From positions 1-45,573 of the IMG/VR virus record IMGVR_UViG_3300035156_000171: a DNA stretch of 45,573 bases; one strand, given 5' to 3'. Both the position numbers and the translations under genes were made by a program. The DNA is from a virus. Numbering within the stretch: position 1 is the stretch's first letter; every line of letters begins with the position of its first letter. Below are positions 14,736 through 22,347 of the stretch, one piece after another. The notes beneath the pieces are model-generated. The model was not told the origin of the DNA and searched no databases. It saw only the letters and a list, made by a program, of their open reading frames with translations.

Positions 14736-15647
14736 CTATTCTTCGTTTTCGGCAAGAAACGACACAACGTCGTCCCATCGATCCGAGCATGTGATTAGCA
14801 TTTCCTTGTTTTTGGCTTCTTCGGCCATGTCCTTTTCCCATTGATCCTCGTCGATCAACTCGCGAACCGCGTTCTTTATCAAATCGTCGAGCATCCTAGG
14901 ATCGAGCGCGTCAAGCTCCCAACTCTCGTCGCCGTGCTCGGCCGCATATCCGGCGTGCCGGCTGTCGGTTTCCTTCGCCGGGTTGGGCGGCGGGCTGTGC
15001 TCCTCGATCTGCGCCATATTCAGCGCCAGCCGCTCGACCTCGACGCCGAACCGCGAGAACATCTCTAGTCGATCCCGGTTGTCGCGCGTCATGTCCACGC
15101 CGGACGGATCATGGTCGCCGAGGTGAAACACGACGACACGTTTTCGCTGGCCCTTGCCTATCGCGCCCAGCCTCTTGCCGGCCGCCCACTGTTCGCTCTG
15201 GCTGACGTAGCCACGACAGGAGAAGAACGGCACGCGCAACGGCTGACACGCCCGTTCGATCACGCCGGCAAGGGCCTCCTTCTCGACCCATACCTCGCAG
15301 TAGGCTTCCTGATTTCGCCATGGGTTTTCCATGTACTGATCCGCGACAGCGCTGATGATCGCTTCGGGTGAACTCCAGACGTTGGGCGATGTCAGGTTCC
15401 GGGTCCGGTCTACGATCGCGGACCAGTCGATCAGCCCGGCCATGCGGCCGTCGTTCACGATCTGCCCAAGGCGCTTGTATTCGGACTGCTTGTTCTCAAT
15501 CAACGCGCGACTAACGAACTGATAATACAATTGCCGCAACGTTAGCTCGTAACCCTGTCTTTGGTATTCGAGAATAATCGAATTCGCCTGCGCGATTACC
15601 TCCAAGCTCGATCGCCGAAAATTCTTTAATTCGAACTGCTCTTTCAT
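14736..15647 (-). CDS. Spo11 / topoisomerase-VI-A-like Mini-A protein (5Y-CAP plus Toprim, 303 aa)
   Basis: LTLRQLYYQFVSR (Tyr41/42 at 15522..15527), EVWVEKEAL (Toprim Glu122), FHLGDHDPSGVDM (DxD, Asp178/180). ATGA-coupled to DUF4031. Confidence 0.8.
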   Translation of the reverse strand: MKEQFELKNFRRSSLEVIAQANSIILEYQRQGYELTLRQLYYQFVSRALIENKQSEYKRLGQIVNDGRMAGLIDWSAIVDRTRNLTSPNVWSSPEAIISAVADQYMENPWRNQEAYCEVWVEKEALAGVIERACQPLRVPFFSCRGYVSQSEQWAAGKRLGAIGKGQRKRVVVFHLGDHDPSGVDMTRDNRDRLEMFSRFGVEVERLALNMAQIEEHSPPPNPAKETDSRHAGYAAEHGDESWELDALDPRMLDDLIKNAVRELIDEDQWEKDMAEEAKNKEMLITCSDRWDDVVSFLAENEE

Positions 15648-16015
15648 TTCGCGTCCCCTTGTTTCGTTCGCTTCAGCGTCTCATGATTTACCCGGCCATC
15701 GTTCCGCATCCCGAATTTTTCACGCACGCGGCGAATTCTGTCGACGACCTCCTGCCGGCCTGCGATCCTCGCCGCGTGCTCGGCTGGGGCGTATTTGTCC
15801 ATCAACACAGCGCCCATCGCGATCGCCCGCGCGCGGTATCCCTTCGAGATGTCGTAGTGCTCCCACGAAGCCTTGGGCGGGCACTGGAACCAACGCCGCA
15901 GCCTGGGATCGAGCCGGCCCGCGAACTCGTGCAACTCCTCAACGCTGTCGGCCCAGAGGTGGCACATCTTCATCCGGCCAAACCGATGTTCGACGTTGTC
16001 GACGTACACGGTCAT
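15644..16015 (-). CDS. DUF4031 family protein (123 aa)
   Basis: MTVYVDNVEHRFGRMKMCHLWADSVEELHEFAGRL...WEHYDIS matches the DUF4031 pattern, including the HYD motif. Confidence 0.7.
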   Translation of the reverse strand: MTVYVDNVEHRFGRMKMCHLWADSVEELHEFAGRLDPRLRRWFQCPPKASWEHYDISKGYRARAIAMGAVLMDKYAPAEHAARIAGRQEVVDRIRRVREKFGMRNDGRVNHETLKRTKQGDAK

Positions 16016-16515
16016 ATCACCACATCTTCCTCAACGTCCCGCGGCACGCAGACCGTGATGAACCGGCGCTTCCGGCGCAATCCCGTCACGGCGTCGATCT
16101 TGGATCGGCTCACGAATTCCTCGCCCGATCTCAGCCCGAAAACCGTCCCCATGTCGACAAGACGTTCAGCCGCCTCGTAGACGGACGGGTGGTCGTCCGT
16201 GACCTTCACGATCCCCGAGGGGCTCGCCGCGCATCGCTCGACGATACGGTTCATGGCCGCCTGAACCATTCCCCGGTGCGAAGCCATGATCCTATCGAGT
16301 TCAGGACCCTCCGCATTCGAAGCGAGCTTGATCCTGCCGACCGATACGCCGCGGATTTTCTCGTAGGCGAACTTCGCCCGCGCCCTGGTGCTGTCGGTGA
16401 CGTGCGATGACGGGTGCAACAGCTTCTTGAGGGTCCGCAGAGCGACGCTCGTATCAGCTTGGCTGTACGGAGGGGGGTGTTTGTCGATAAGTTTCTCGAT
16501 GGCCTTTAAATCCAT
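16012..16515 (-). CDS. Hypothetical protein (167 aa), first gene of the leftward early operon
   Basis: AAGAGG Shine-Dalgarno before ATG 16515. ATGA-coupled to DUF4031. The 5' end is lower in GC. Confidence 0.65.
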   Translation of the reverse strand: MDLKAIEKLIDKHPPPYSQADTSVALRTLKKLLHPSSHVTDSTRARAKFAYEKIRGVSVGRIKLASNAEGPELDRIMASHRGMVQAAMNRIVERCAASPSGIVKVTDDHPSVYEAAERLVDMGTVFGLRSGEEFVSRSKIDAVTGLRRKRRFITVCVPRDVEEDVVI

Positions 16516-16825
16516 AATCTTTTCAACCTCTTACCCCTGATCTTAAGAGACATAGATAGAAAGTGAGATTAAATATTAGAGGGGAAAGGTACAACCTTTT
16601 GAAATTTATCGCAATAGGTTTACCAAACGGGCTCTATCTGCCATAGCTTGTACGTAACAGCATGGAACTGCGGGAGGTGAACCTATGGGGCCAAATATCA
16701 ACTTTGTTTTCGGGTCCGACATGAACACGCGACGCGTACTTAAACCCATATAAACACACGCAAACGAGTGTGTACGTGCGATTTTTTTGTGCGAAAACGC
16801 ACACGTTCATATTTGAGGGAAATCC
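16516..16825. promoter_or_regulatory. AT-rich divergent control region between the leftward and rightward operons
   Basis: About 310 bp, clearly less GC-rich than the rest of the genome. Contains sigma70-like hexamers, a short ORF with a strong Shine-Dalgarno (16685..16753), two short inverted repeats and a T7 run (16782..16788). Confidence 0.6.
16566..16594 (-). promoter_or_regulatory. Candidate early-left promoter (TTGTAC-17 nt-TAATCT)
   Basis: On the minus strand, -35 is at 16594..16589 and -10 at 16571..16566, about 45 nt upstream of ATG 16515. Confidence 0.3.
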
Positions 16826-17011
16826 ATGAAGGGCGAAGAAAAAGTTTTGCACGTCGTTCCAACGTTGCACCCCGACAACACTCGGTCAGTCGAGGGGGTA
16901 TCATGGCCCCGAAAGCGGCTTACGGAGCGGTCCCCGGAGGCTGTAAAACGGATCGCGGAATTGATGCGGCAATCCAGGGTTCGGCGGGATTTCGGAGGGG
17001 TCGAGGAATGA
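16826..17011 (+). CDS. Hypothetical protein (61 aa), first rightward ORF
   Basis: GAGGGA before ATG 16826. Stop overlaps the next ATG (ATGA). Confidence 0.4.
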   Translation: MKGEEKVLHVVPTLHPDNTRSVEGVSWPRKRLTERSPEAVKRIAELMRQSRVRRDFGGVEE

Positions 17012-17238
17012 CCGCGGAGGAACGTAGATCGATCCTTGAGACGGCGCATCGGCTCGATGCGGAGGGCGAGGCCATGCGGAAAGAGGCGAGGCGGTTGCGA
17101 GCTATGGTCAGCCGCTCCCGTCCATTCGCTACCGGCACTGACCTGTCTTTCGGCCGTGATCTGTGCGCCGAAGCGGTCGGCGAGGTGATGCCGGATGGCA
17201 AGTTGCGGATCACGTCGCTTCGGTGGGTGAAGCCATGA
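17008..17238 (+). CDS. Hypothetical protein (76 aa)
   Basis: GGAGGGG before ATG 17008. MTAEERRSILETAHRLDAEGEAMRKEARRLRAM... Confidence 0.5.
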   Translation: MTAEERRSILETAHRLDAEGEAMRKEARRLRAMVSRSRPFATGTDLSFGRDLCAEAVGEVMPDGKLRITSLRWVKP

Positions 17239-17414
17239 GCGGGGCGGCGTGGATCGCCGTTCTCCTGTTCTTCGTCAACATTGGCTCTGGCGTGCTGTGC
17301 GTGGTCGATGGTCGTATCTGGCGAGCGTGGGCCAGCTTCATTGCCGCTTGGCTGCTGGCGATTTCTCTGGCGTTTCGTCTAGTCGCCTGGATGGGAGGGT
17401 TCGATGCGGTTTGA
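17235..17414 (+). CDS. Small 2-TM membrane protein (59 aa)
   Basis: ATGA overlap. AAWIAVLLFFVNIGSGVLCVV and ASFIAAWLLAISLAFRLVAW. Confidence 0.5.
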   Translation: MSGAAWIAVLLFFVNIGSGVLCVVDGRIWRAWASFIAAWLLAISLAFRLVAWMGGFDAV

Positions 17415-17568
17415 ATATCGGATAGCGAGGGCTCGGGCCTGTGAGCCAATCGACATTGAGGAAGCTGGCTTGAAAATCCGTCAACACGGCATGGACGGCT
17501 GGCGCGTGACCTGTTGCGTTGCGACTGAGGGGTGGGTTCTGTGGACACTTGAGAGGGAGGTGAAATGA
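17404..17568 (+). CDS. Small protein (54 aa), paralog A of a tandem pair (DUF4177-like GW..V...WTLEREVK)
   Basis: Not in the ORF track. MRFEYRIARARACEPIDIEEAGLKIRQHGMDGWRVTCCVATEGWVLWTLEREVK*. Confidence 0.5.
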   Translation: MRFEYRIARARACEPIDIEEAGLKIRQHGMDGWRVTCCVATEGWVLWTLEREVK

Positions 17569-17741
17569 TGGTGTTCGATTATTGCGCTGTGCGCGCTCGT
17601 CTCGACTGGCCGGGAAGTTTCGAGGACGGCGTCGAGACGGTGAAGGCTCTCGCCAAGGAGGGGTGGCGCGTCGCGCATTGCGTCGGCGTTCTGAGCCAAG
17701 TCGTTTGGACGCTTGAGCGGGAGGTGAAGCGCGATGGATGA
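17565..17741 (+). CDS. Small protein (58 aa), paralog B of the tandem pair
   Basis: Not in the ORF track. GGGAGGTGA Shine-Dalgarno. MMVFDYCAVRARLDWPGSFEDGVETVKALAKEGWRVAHCVGVLSQVVWTLEREVKRDG*. Confidence 0.5.
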   Translation: MMVFDYCAVRARLDWPGSFEDGVETVKALAKEGWRVAHCVGVLSQVVWTLEREVKRDG

Positions 17742-17946
17742 AGATATCCCCCGCCGCGTGACCGCGCTCCCATCTGGCGCACTCTGCCTGTTCTTCGGCG
17801 AGAACGCCGTCCGCCTTATGCTCAAGGGCTCGGGTCTAGTCGCCAAGCCCGGAGAAATCTTTTTCGCCCGCCTGCCTTGGGGTGGGGTCGGCTATGTGAT
17901 GCGGCATCACGAACTGAATTGGGGGAAGCGCGATGCCTTGGGCTGA
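17734..17946 (+). CDS. Hypothetical protein (70 aa)
   Basis: ORF in the track. GGGAGGTGA Shine-Dalgarno upstream. Overlaps its neighbours. Confidence 0.45.
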   Translation: MDEDIPRRVTALPSGALCLFFGENAVRLMLKGSGLVAKPGEIFFARLPWGGVGYVMRHHELNWGKRDALG

Positions 17947-18040
17947 AATCGCGGGCATTCTGACGCTTATTTCTGGCGCGTGGCTTTTGGCCGAAGCGGT
18001 GCGGCTGGTTTGGAACCGGTGGGGTGCTGGTGATGCGTGA
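17933..18040 (+). CDS. Small membrane protein (35 aa)
   Basis: MPWAEIAGILTLISGAWLLAEAVRLVWNRWGAGDA*. Overlaps both neighbours. Confidence 0.35.
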   Translation: MPWAEIAGILTLISGAWLLAEAVRLVWNRWGAGDA

Positions 18041-18395
18041 GTGCTGGGTGAACGTGTATCGGGCGACCGATGGGATGTCCGTGGCGGGGGTCGCCGTTCG
18101 AAGTCGGGAAGCATGCTTGTGGTTGGCGACGCTGGGGGCTGTTCCCGTCTGTCGCCTCCACGTCAAGCTCAAGCCTGAGGGCTCGCCGAAACGGTATCGC
18201 GACGATTTCGAGCGGTCTGCCTATGAGAACGCGGAGGCGCGTGGGCATGTGATCTACGCCAGCATAGCGAATACGCCGCCTGGAACGCGCGAATACCGGT
18301 CAAGGCCGAAGGGCTATACTGAGGCGGTCGGCCGCATCGTGAGTACGTTCGAGGGCGATCCGTCCGCTCCAATGGTGCCGCGTTTCTCGACGTGA
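18033..18395 (+). CDS. Hypothetical protein (120 aa)
   Basis: ATG 18033 within the track ORF. GC3-rich. Confidence 0.55.
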   Translation: MRECWVNVYRATDGMSVAGVAVRSREACLWLATLGAVPVCRLHVKLKPEGSPKRYRDDFERSAYENAEARGHVIYASIANTPPGTREYRSRPKGYTEAVGRIVSTFEGDPSAPMVPRFST

Positions 18396-18862
18396 ACTGC
18401 CTCGACCCGAGCCTCCTGTCGGCCGATCCCTTCGACCCGACGCATTGGGCCGAAGACGACGCGGAAGACGTGGCGTACCTGCACCTGTCCGATCGAACCG
18501 ATTGTTACGCGATCCTCGATCGGCAGGATTACGAGTGGGCGCGGTCGTTTCGATCGGGCCTATGGTGCCATACCTACGGCTCGGGCGACATGGACCCGGA
18601 GACGGGCGTCATGTCCCGGCCGGACGGCATCTACGCGCGCAAGACGGTCGACGGTAAGACGCTGTTCCTGCACCGGCTGATCTGCGAGCGAGCGAATGGC
18701 CCGGCTCCAATCCTGTGCCCGATCGCCGATCACATGAACGGCCACACGCTCGACTGCCGCCGCGTGAACCTGCGGTGGGTGACGCGGTCGCAGAACGCGA
18801 TCAACCGGCCGAAGTCGAAAACGCGCGAGGCATTCTTGCGCGCGATCGGTCGAGCGTATTAA
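18392..18862 (+). CDS. HNH endonuclease (156 aa)
   Basis: FLHRLI...ADHMNGHTLDCRRVNLRWVTRSQN is HNH_3-like. Lies just upstream of the terminase genes. Confidence 0.8.
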   Translation: MNCLDPSLLSADPFDPTHWAEDDAEDVAYLHLSDRTDCYAILDRQDYEWARSFRSGLWCHTYGSGDMDPETGVMSRPDGIYARKTVDGKTLFLHRLICERANGPAPILCPIADHMNGHTLDCRRVNLRWVTRSQNAINRPKSKTREAFLRAIGRAY

Positions 18863-18893
18863 ACCGGTTGTCCATTTAAGCAGAGGGCATGAC

Positions 18894-19094
18894 ATGACCA
18901 CGAAGCCGGAGGGGCTGATCGGATCGGCCGTGACGTTCAAGAGCGGGCGCAGCGGCACCACGTACCGGGGCGTCGTCCGCAAGGCGCTCGATAAGGGTCG
19001 CGTGCTCGTGGAGAGTTTCGAGGATGGTTCGACCGTCGAGCGCCGTGTGTTCGCCAGCGCTTGCACGGTTGCTCCGGCTACGGCTAGCGCGTAG
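18894..19094 (+). CDS. Hypothetical protein (66 aa)
   Basis: ORF in the track, followed by two hairpins. Confidence 0.5.
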   Translation: MTTKPEGLIGSAVTFKSGRSGTTYRGVVRKALDKGRVLVESFEDGSTVERRVFASACTVAPATASA

Positions 19095-19097
19095 GAT

Positions 19098-19120
19098 CGC
19101 CTCGCGGGTCGGCCGAGGCG
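19098..19120 (+). other. Hairpin (7-bp stem CGCCTCG/CGAGGCG, 9-nt loop)
   Basis: First of two stem-loops in the 135-bp gap before terS. Confidence 0.35.
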
Positions 19121-19167
19121 TCGGCGGTCTCGCTGCCCACCCCTGGGCGTTTCTTCCCTAGCTCTTG

Positions 19168-19205
19168 GCCCGCCGGGTTCGTCCTGGCGGGCTCTTTCAT
19201 TTCAT
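19168..19205 (+). terminator. Rho-independent terminator between the small-gene cluster and the packaging/structural genes
   Basis: Stem GCCCGCC/GGCGGGC followed by TCTTTCATTTCAT. No obvious promoter fits in the 25 nt before ATG 19230. Confidence 0.6.
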
Positions 19206-19229
19206 CCGCCACGCCGCTACCTCTGAGCC

Positions 19230-19865
19230 ATGACATCGCGCGCACCACAGGCCCTCGACGGGATCGAGGACGAAGACGCCTTCACGCTCGAAAACTCGGG
19301 CCTGGACGATCGCGAGAAGATTTTCGTGATGGCGTACCTGCGGCGGCGCAATTTCCAGGCGGCGGGGCGCGCGGCTGGTCTCATCTCGCCGGACGACGAT
19401 TACGGCTCCCGCGACGGACGGCGGGTCTATGAACGCCCGCTTGTCAAAGCAGCGGTCGACACCCTACTGCGCTCCAGGCTCAAGCGACTAGCCGTCACGC
19501 CCGCCCGTATCGAGCAAGAGCTTGCCAAGGTGGCTTTCGCGACGCCGGGCACGTTCATGAAGCTCCAAGAGGACGGAACCGCGTATATCGATTTCAGCGA
19601 GGCCGAGCCCGAAGACCTTGCCGGCCTGCACTCGTTCAAGTGCGATGTCGCAAACGAGCCCGGAGCGGATCGCGACGCTCCGCGCACCGTGACCAAGATG
19701 GAGGTGCGCATGCTCGACAAGGTGAACGCCTTGACCAAGCTCGCGCAAATTCACAAGATGATCGGCGGCGACGGCGAGGTGACGGTTGTCGTCGATGTTG
19801 CCGATGAAATCCGCGAGGCACGCAGGCGCGCGCGGCTGAAGGTGAAAGACGGGGACGTAGAATGA
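19230..19865 (+). CDS. terS: Terminase small subunit (211 aa)
   Basis: LDDREKIFVMAYLRRRNFQAAGRAAGL...YERPLVKAAVDTLL fits the Terminase_2 N-terminal HTH pattern. Lies upstream of terL. Confidence 0.8.
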   Translation: MTSRAPQALDGIEDEDAFTLENSGLDDREKIFVMAYLRRRNFQAAGRAAGLISPDDDYGSRDGRRVYERPLVKAAVDTLLRSRLKRLAVTPARIEQELAKVAFATPGTFMKLQEDGTAYIDFSEAEPEDLAGLHSFKCDVANEPGADRDAPRTVTKMEVRMLDKVNALTKLAQIHKMIGGDGEVTVVVDVADEIREARRRARLKVKDGDVE

Positions 19866-20056
19866 AGTTCGTTTGGCACAAGAACGGGACGGCTATGTTC
19901 GGGCCGTGCCTGTCGTATGAGCGCGTCGCGTCCGGGATCGTGTTGCAGATTGCAGCCGTCGTCGGCCCCGGCGTCTCGACGGTCCTATTGCATGGTCCTG
20001 GCGACGCCGCGTTTACCCTGCCCTGCGGTCGGCAGGTTATCGAGGTTCTGTCGTGA
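19862..20056 (+). CDS. Hypothetical protein (64 aa)
   Basis: ORF in the track, ATGA-coupled. Confidence 0.45.
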   Translation: MKFVWHKNGTAMFGPCLSYERVASGIVLQIAAVVGPGVSTVLLHGPGDAAFTLPCGRQVIEVLS

Positions 20057-20370
20057 TAGCAGACCAGGGCGTGACAGCTCGCGCGATCAACCTTGAGGCC
20101 GGGCAAGTTCTTGTCGAGGCCCCCGACGGAAAGACGCAAATCTGCGACATCCTCGGGTGGTTCGCGATGGGCGGGATCAAGGTCTCGACGTATCAGCTCG
20201 CGCACTCGTTCGCGTTCGAGGTCGAGGGCTTCGATCGAAACGGGGTGCCGGTTTCCCAGCGATACGACGCGATCCTCGAAGGGCTCGGGGAGCCCCTGGA
20301 GCGGGACGCGGACGGCACGTTCAGGGCGAAGGCCGCGCGACGGCTGGATGCGCAAGTGGGGAAATCATGA
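20053..20370 (+). CDS. Hypothetical protein (105 aa)
   Basis: GTG start overlapping the upstream stop. GC3-rich. Confidence 0.5.
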   Translation: MIADQGVTARAINLEAGQVLVEAPDGKTQICDILGWFAMGGIKVSTYQLAHSFAFEVEGFDRNGVPVSQRYDAILEGLGEPLERDADGTFRAKAARRLDAQVGKS

Positions 20371-20630
20371 AGTATTACCTTGCCGACAAGCCGGTGAAGG
20401 CCGCGCCGCTGATCCGTGTCGAGCGTGTCCCGGAGATGGACGGGCGCGCGCATCTCTTCGTCGTCTTCAATGAAAACACGCTCCACTGCGAACGGGCGAT
20501 CCACCTCGACGATGGGCCGATGCCGGACGACTGCCCGAACGTCGGCGACTTCATCATCGATCACGGTACGCATCTGACGTGGCAGAGCCCGGAAGAATTC
20601 GCCGAGAATTATCTTGAGGTGGCGGAATGA
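20367..20630 (+). CDS. Hypothetical protein (87 aa)
   Basis: Internal ATG 20367 (ATGA overlap). MKYYLADKPVKAAPLIRVERVPEMDGRAHLFVVF... Confidence 0.55.
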   Translation: MKYYLADKPVKAAPLIRVERVPEMDGRAHLFVVFNENTLHCERAIHLDDGPMPDDCPNVGDFIIDHGTHLTWQSPEEFAENYLEVAE

Positions 20631-20815
20631 CCTACCAGGGCGCGTCGATGTCTCAGAGCCGCATCGTCTGCGTATATTTGTGCGACGGCAGCGGGCGTCA
20701 GATGACGCATAGGTTCACGTTCGACGAGCCGGCCGCGATCGAGGACATCGGCCTGATCAAGCCCGGCATCGAGTGGGATCACGCGAAACACAAGGGCAAA
20801 CTCGAAAATCTATGA
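20627..20815 (+). CDS. Hypothetical protein (62 aa)
   Basis: ORF in the track, coupled on both sides. Confidence 0.45.
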   Translation: MTYQGASMSQSRIVCVYLCDGSGRQMTHRFTFDEPAAIEDIGLIKPGIEWDHAKHKGKLENL

Positions 20816-22344
20816 GCGTCGAGGATCGCCAGCTTGCGCGCGACATGGCCGAGCTGTGGGACAACCCGCTTGGCTTCGTCCTCTACAATTACCGATGGGG
20901 ACAGGGCGATCTGGCGCACTTCCTCGGGCCGGACCTGTGGCAGGTCGACTTCCTCGACGAATGGGGCCAGGACATCCGCCAGCGCGGGTTTACCGGCGCA
21001 GCCTCGGTATTGCCGATGCGCTACAGCGTCCGGGCCGGGCACGGTGTTGGCAAGTCGGGTCTAGTCGCTTGGATCATCGACTTTATCCAGTCGACCCGGC
21101 CGCACTCGAAAGGCGTCGTCACGGCCAATAGCTCGCCGCAGCTTGAGACGAAGACGTGGGCGGAAGTCGGCAAGTGGCATGCGCGCGGGATCACGTCTCG
21201 GTGGTTCCGCTACACGGCGTCGCGGGGCTCGATGCGGCGCGTTCACGTTCAGCACCCGGTGACGTGGCGTTGCGATGCGATCCCGTGGCGGAAGGAGACG
21301 CCGGAAGCCTTCGCCGGCCAGCATGCCGTCGACAGCACTTCGTACTACATCAACGACGAAGCATCGGCGATCGAGCGCAACATATTCGAGACGCAGGACG
21401 GCGGCCTGACCGATGGCGAGCCGATGCAATTCCTGTTCGGCAACGCGACCCGAAACTCGGGATACTTTTACGATACGCACATGAACACGAACTTGCGGCG
21501 ACTATACCGCTGTAAGCGTGTCGACAGCCGCGACGCCTTGATCCCGAACAAGGAAAAGCTTGCTCAAGACGTTGCGACCTACGGCGAGGACAGCGACTAT
21601 ATTCGCGTCAAGGTGCGCGGCGAATTTCCGAAGCAATCGACCGATCAATTCATCTCGACGGAAATTGTCGAACAGGCCCGCAAACGCGAAGGATCGTCGA
21701 ACATCACGGACCCGGTCATCTACGGCGTCGACATTGGGGGAGGATCGAGCGACGAAACCACGATCTACCGCAGGCGCGGGCGCGATGCGAAGTCCCTGCC
21801 GCCGATCATCATGCGCGCGACCGGGCCGCGCAAGGACTGGCTGATGCACGTCGCGGGCAAGATTGCAGAGCTGGCCCTGAAAGACATGCCGGACGCGATC
21901 AACATCGACGGTGGCGGCCTTGGTCAGGGCGTGCCGGATCGGCTCGAACAGCTCAACGTCCCGAACGTCAACAGGATATTCTTCGGCGGCCATACCCTCG
22001 ACGCGAAGTACCACAATCGCGGATCGTATATGTACGGCATGACGCGCGATTGGCTGGAAGACGGCGGCGCTATACCGGACGACGACGTGTTGCAAGTCCA
22101 GTTGACCACGCGCCAATATTTCTTTCATGCGACGCGCAACGCGATAATGCTCGAAAGCAAGGAAGACATGAAGGCGCGAGAGGGAACCGCCAGCGTGGGA
22201 AATGCCTCGCCGGATCGGGCGGATGGGCTGGCGTTGACGTTCGCCCTCCCTGTCGGCCCTCGCGAGATCGCAAAGACCCGCGCGGAATTGCGCGGAGAGA
22301 CCGTTCAGGATACGGAGGATGCCGTCTATCGGCCCGGAGTGTAG
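20812..22344 (+). CDS. terL: Terminase large subunit (510 aa)
   Basis: Walker A RAGHGVGKSG, then YYINDEAS (Walker B-like), with a C-terminal nuclease-like half. Size and position are typical. Confidence 0.88.
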   Translation: MSVEDRQLARDMAELWDNPLGFVLYNYRWGQGDLAHFLGPDLWQVDFLDEWGQDIRQRGFTGAASVLPMRYSVRAGHGVGKSGLVAWIIDFIQSTRPHSKGVVTANSSPQLETKTWAEVGKWHARGITSRWFRYTASRGSMRRVHVQHPVTWRCDAIPWRKETPEAFAGQHAVDSTSYYINDEASAIERNIFETQDGGLTDGEPMQFLFGNATRNSGYFYDTHMNTNLRRLYRCKRVDSRDALIPNKEKLAQDVATYGEDSDYIRVKVRGEFPKQSTDQFISTEIVEQARKREGSSNITDPVIYGVDIGGGSSDETTIYRRRGRDAKSLPPIIMRATGPRKDWLMHVAGKIAELALKDMPDAINIDGGGLGQGVPDRLEQLNVPNVNRIFFGGHTLDAKYHNRGSYMYGMTRDWLEDGGAIPDDDVLQVQLTTRQYFFHATRNAIMLESKEDMKAREGTASVGNASPDRADGLALTFALPVGPREIAKTRAELRGETVQDTEDAVYRPGV

Positions 22345-22347
22345 GAC

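Noticed and set aside
16634-16870. 78-aa minus-strand ORF inside the AT-rich control region
   Set aside because: No RBS and odd composition (Phe/Cys/Val-rich). It overlaps the first rightward gene start and is most likely a chance ORF in AT-rich DNA.
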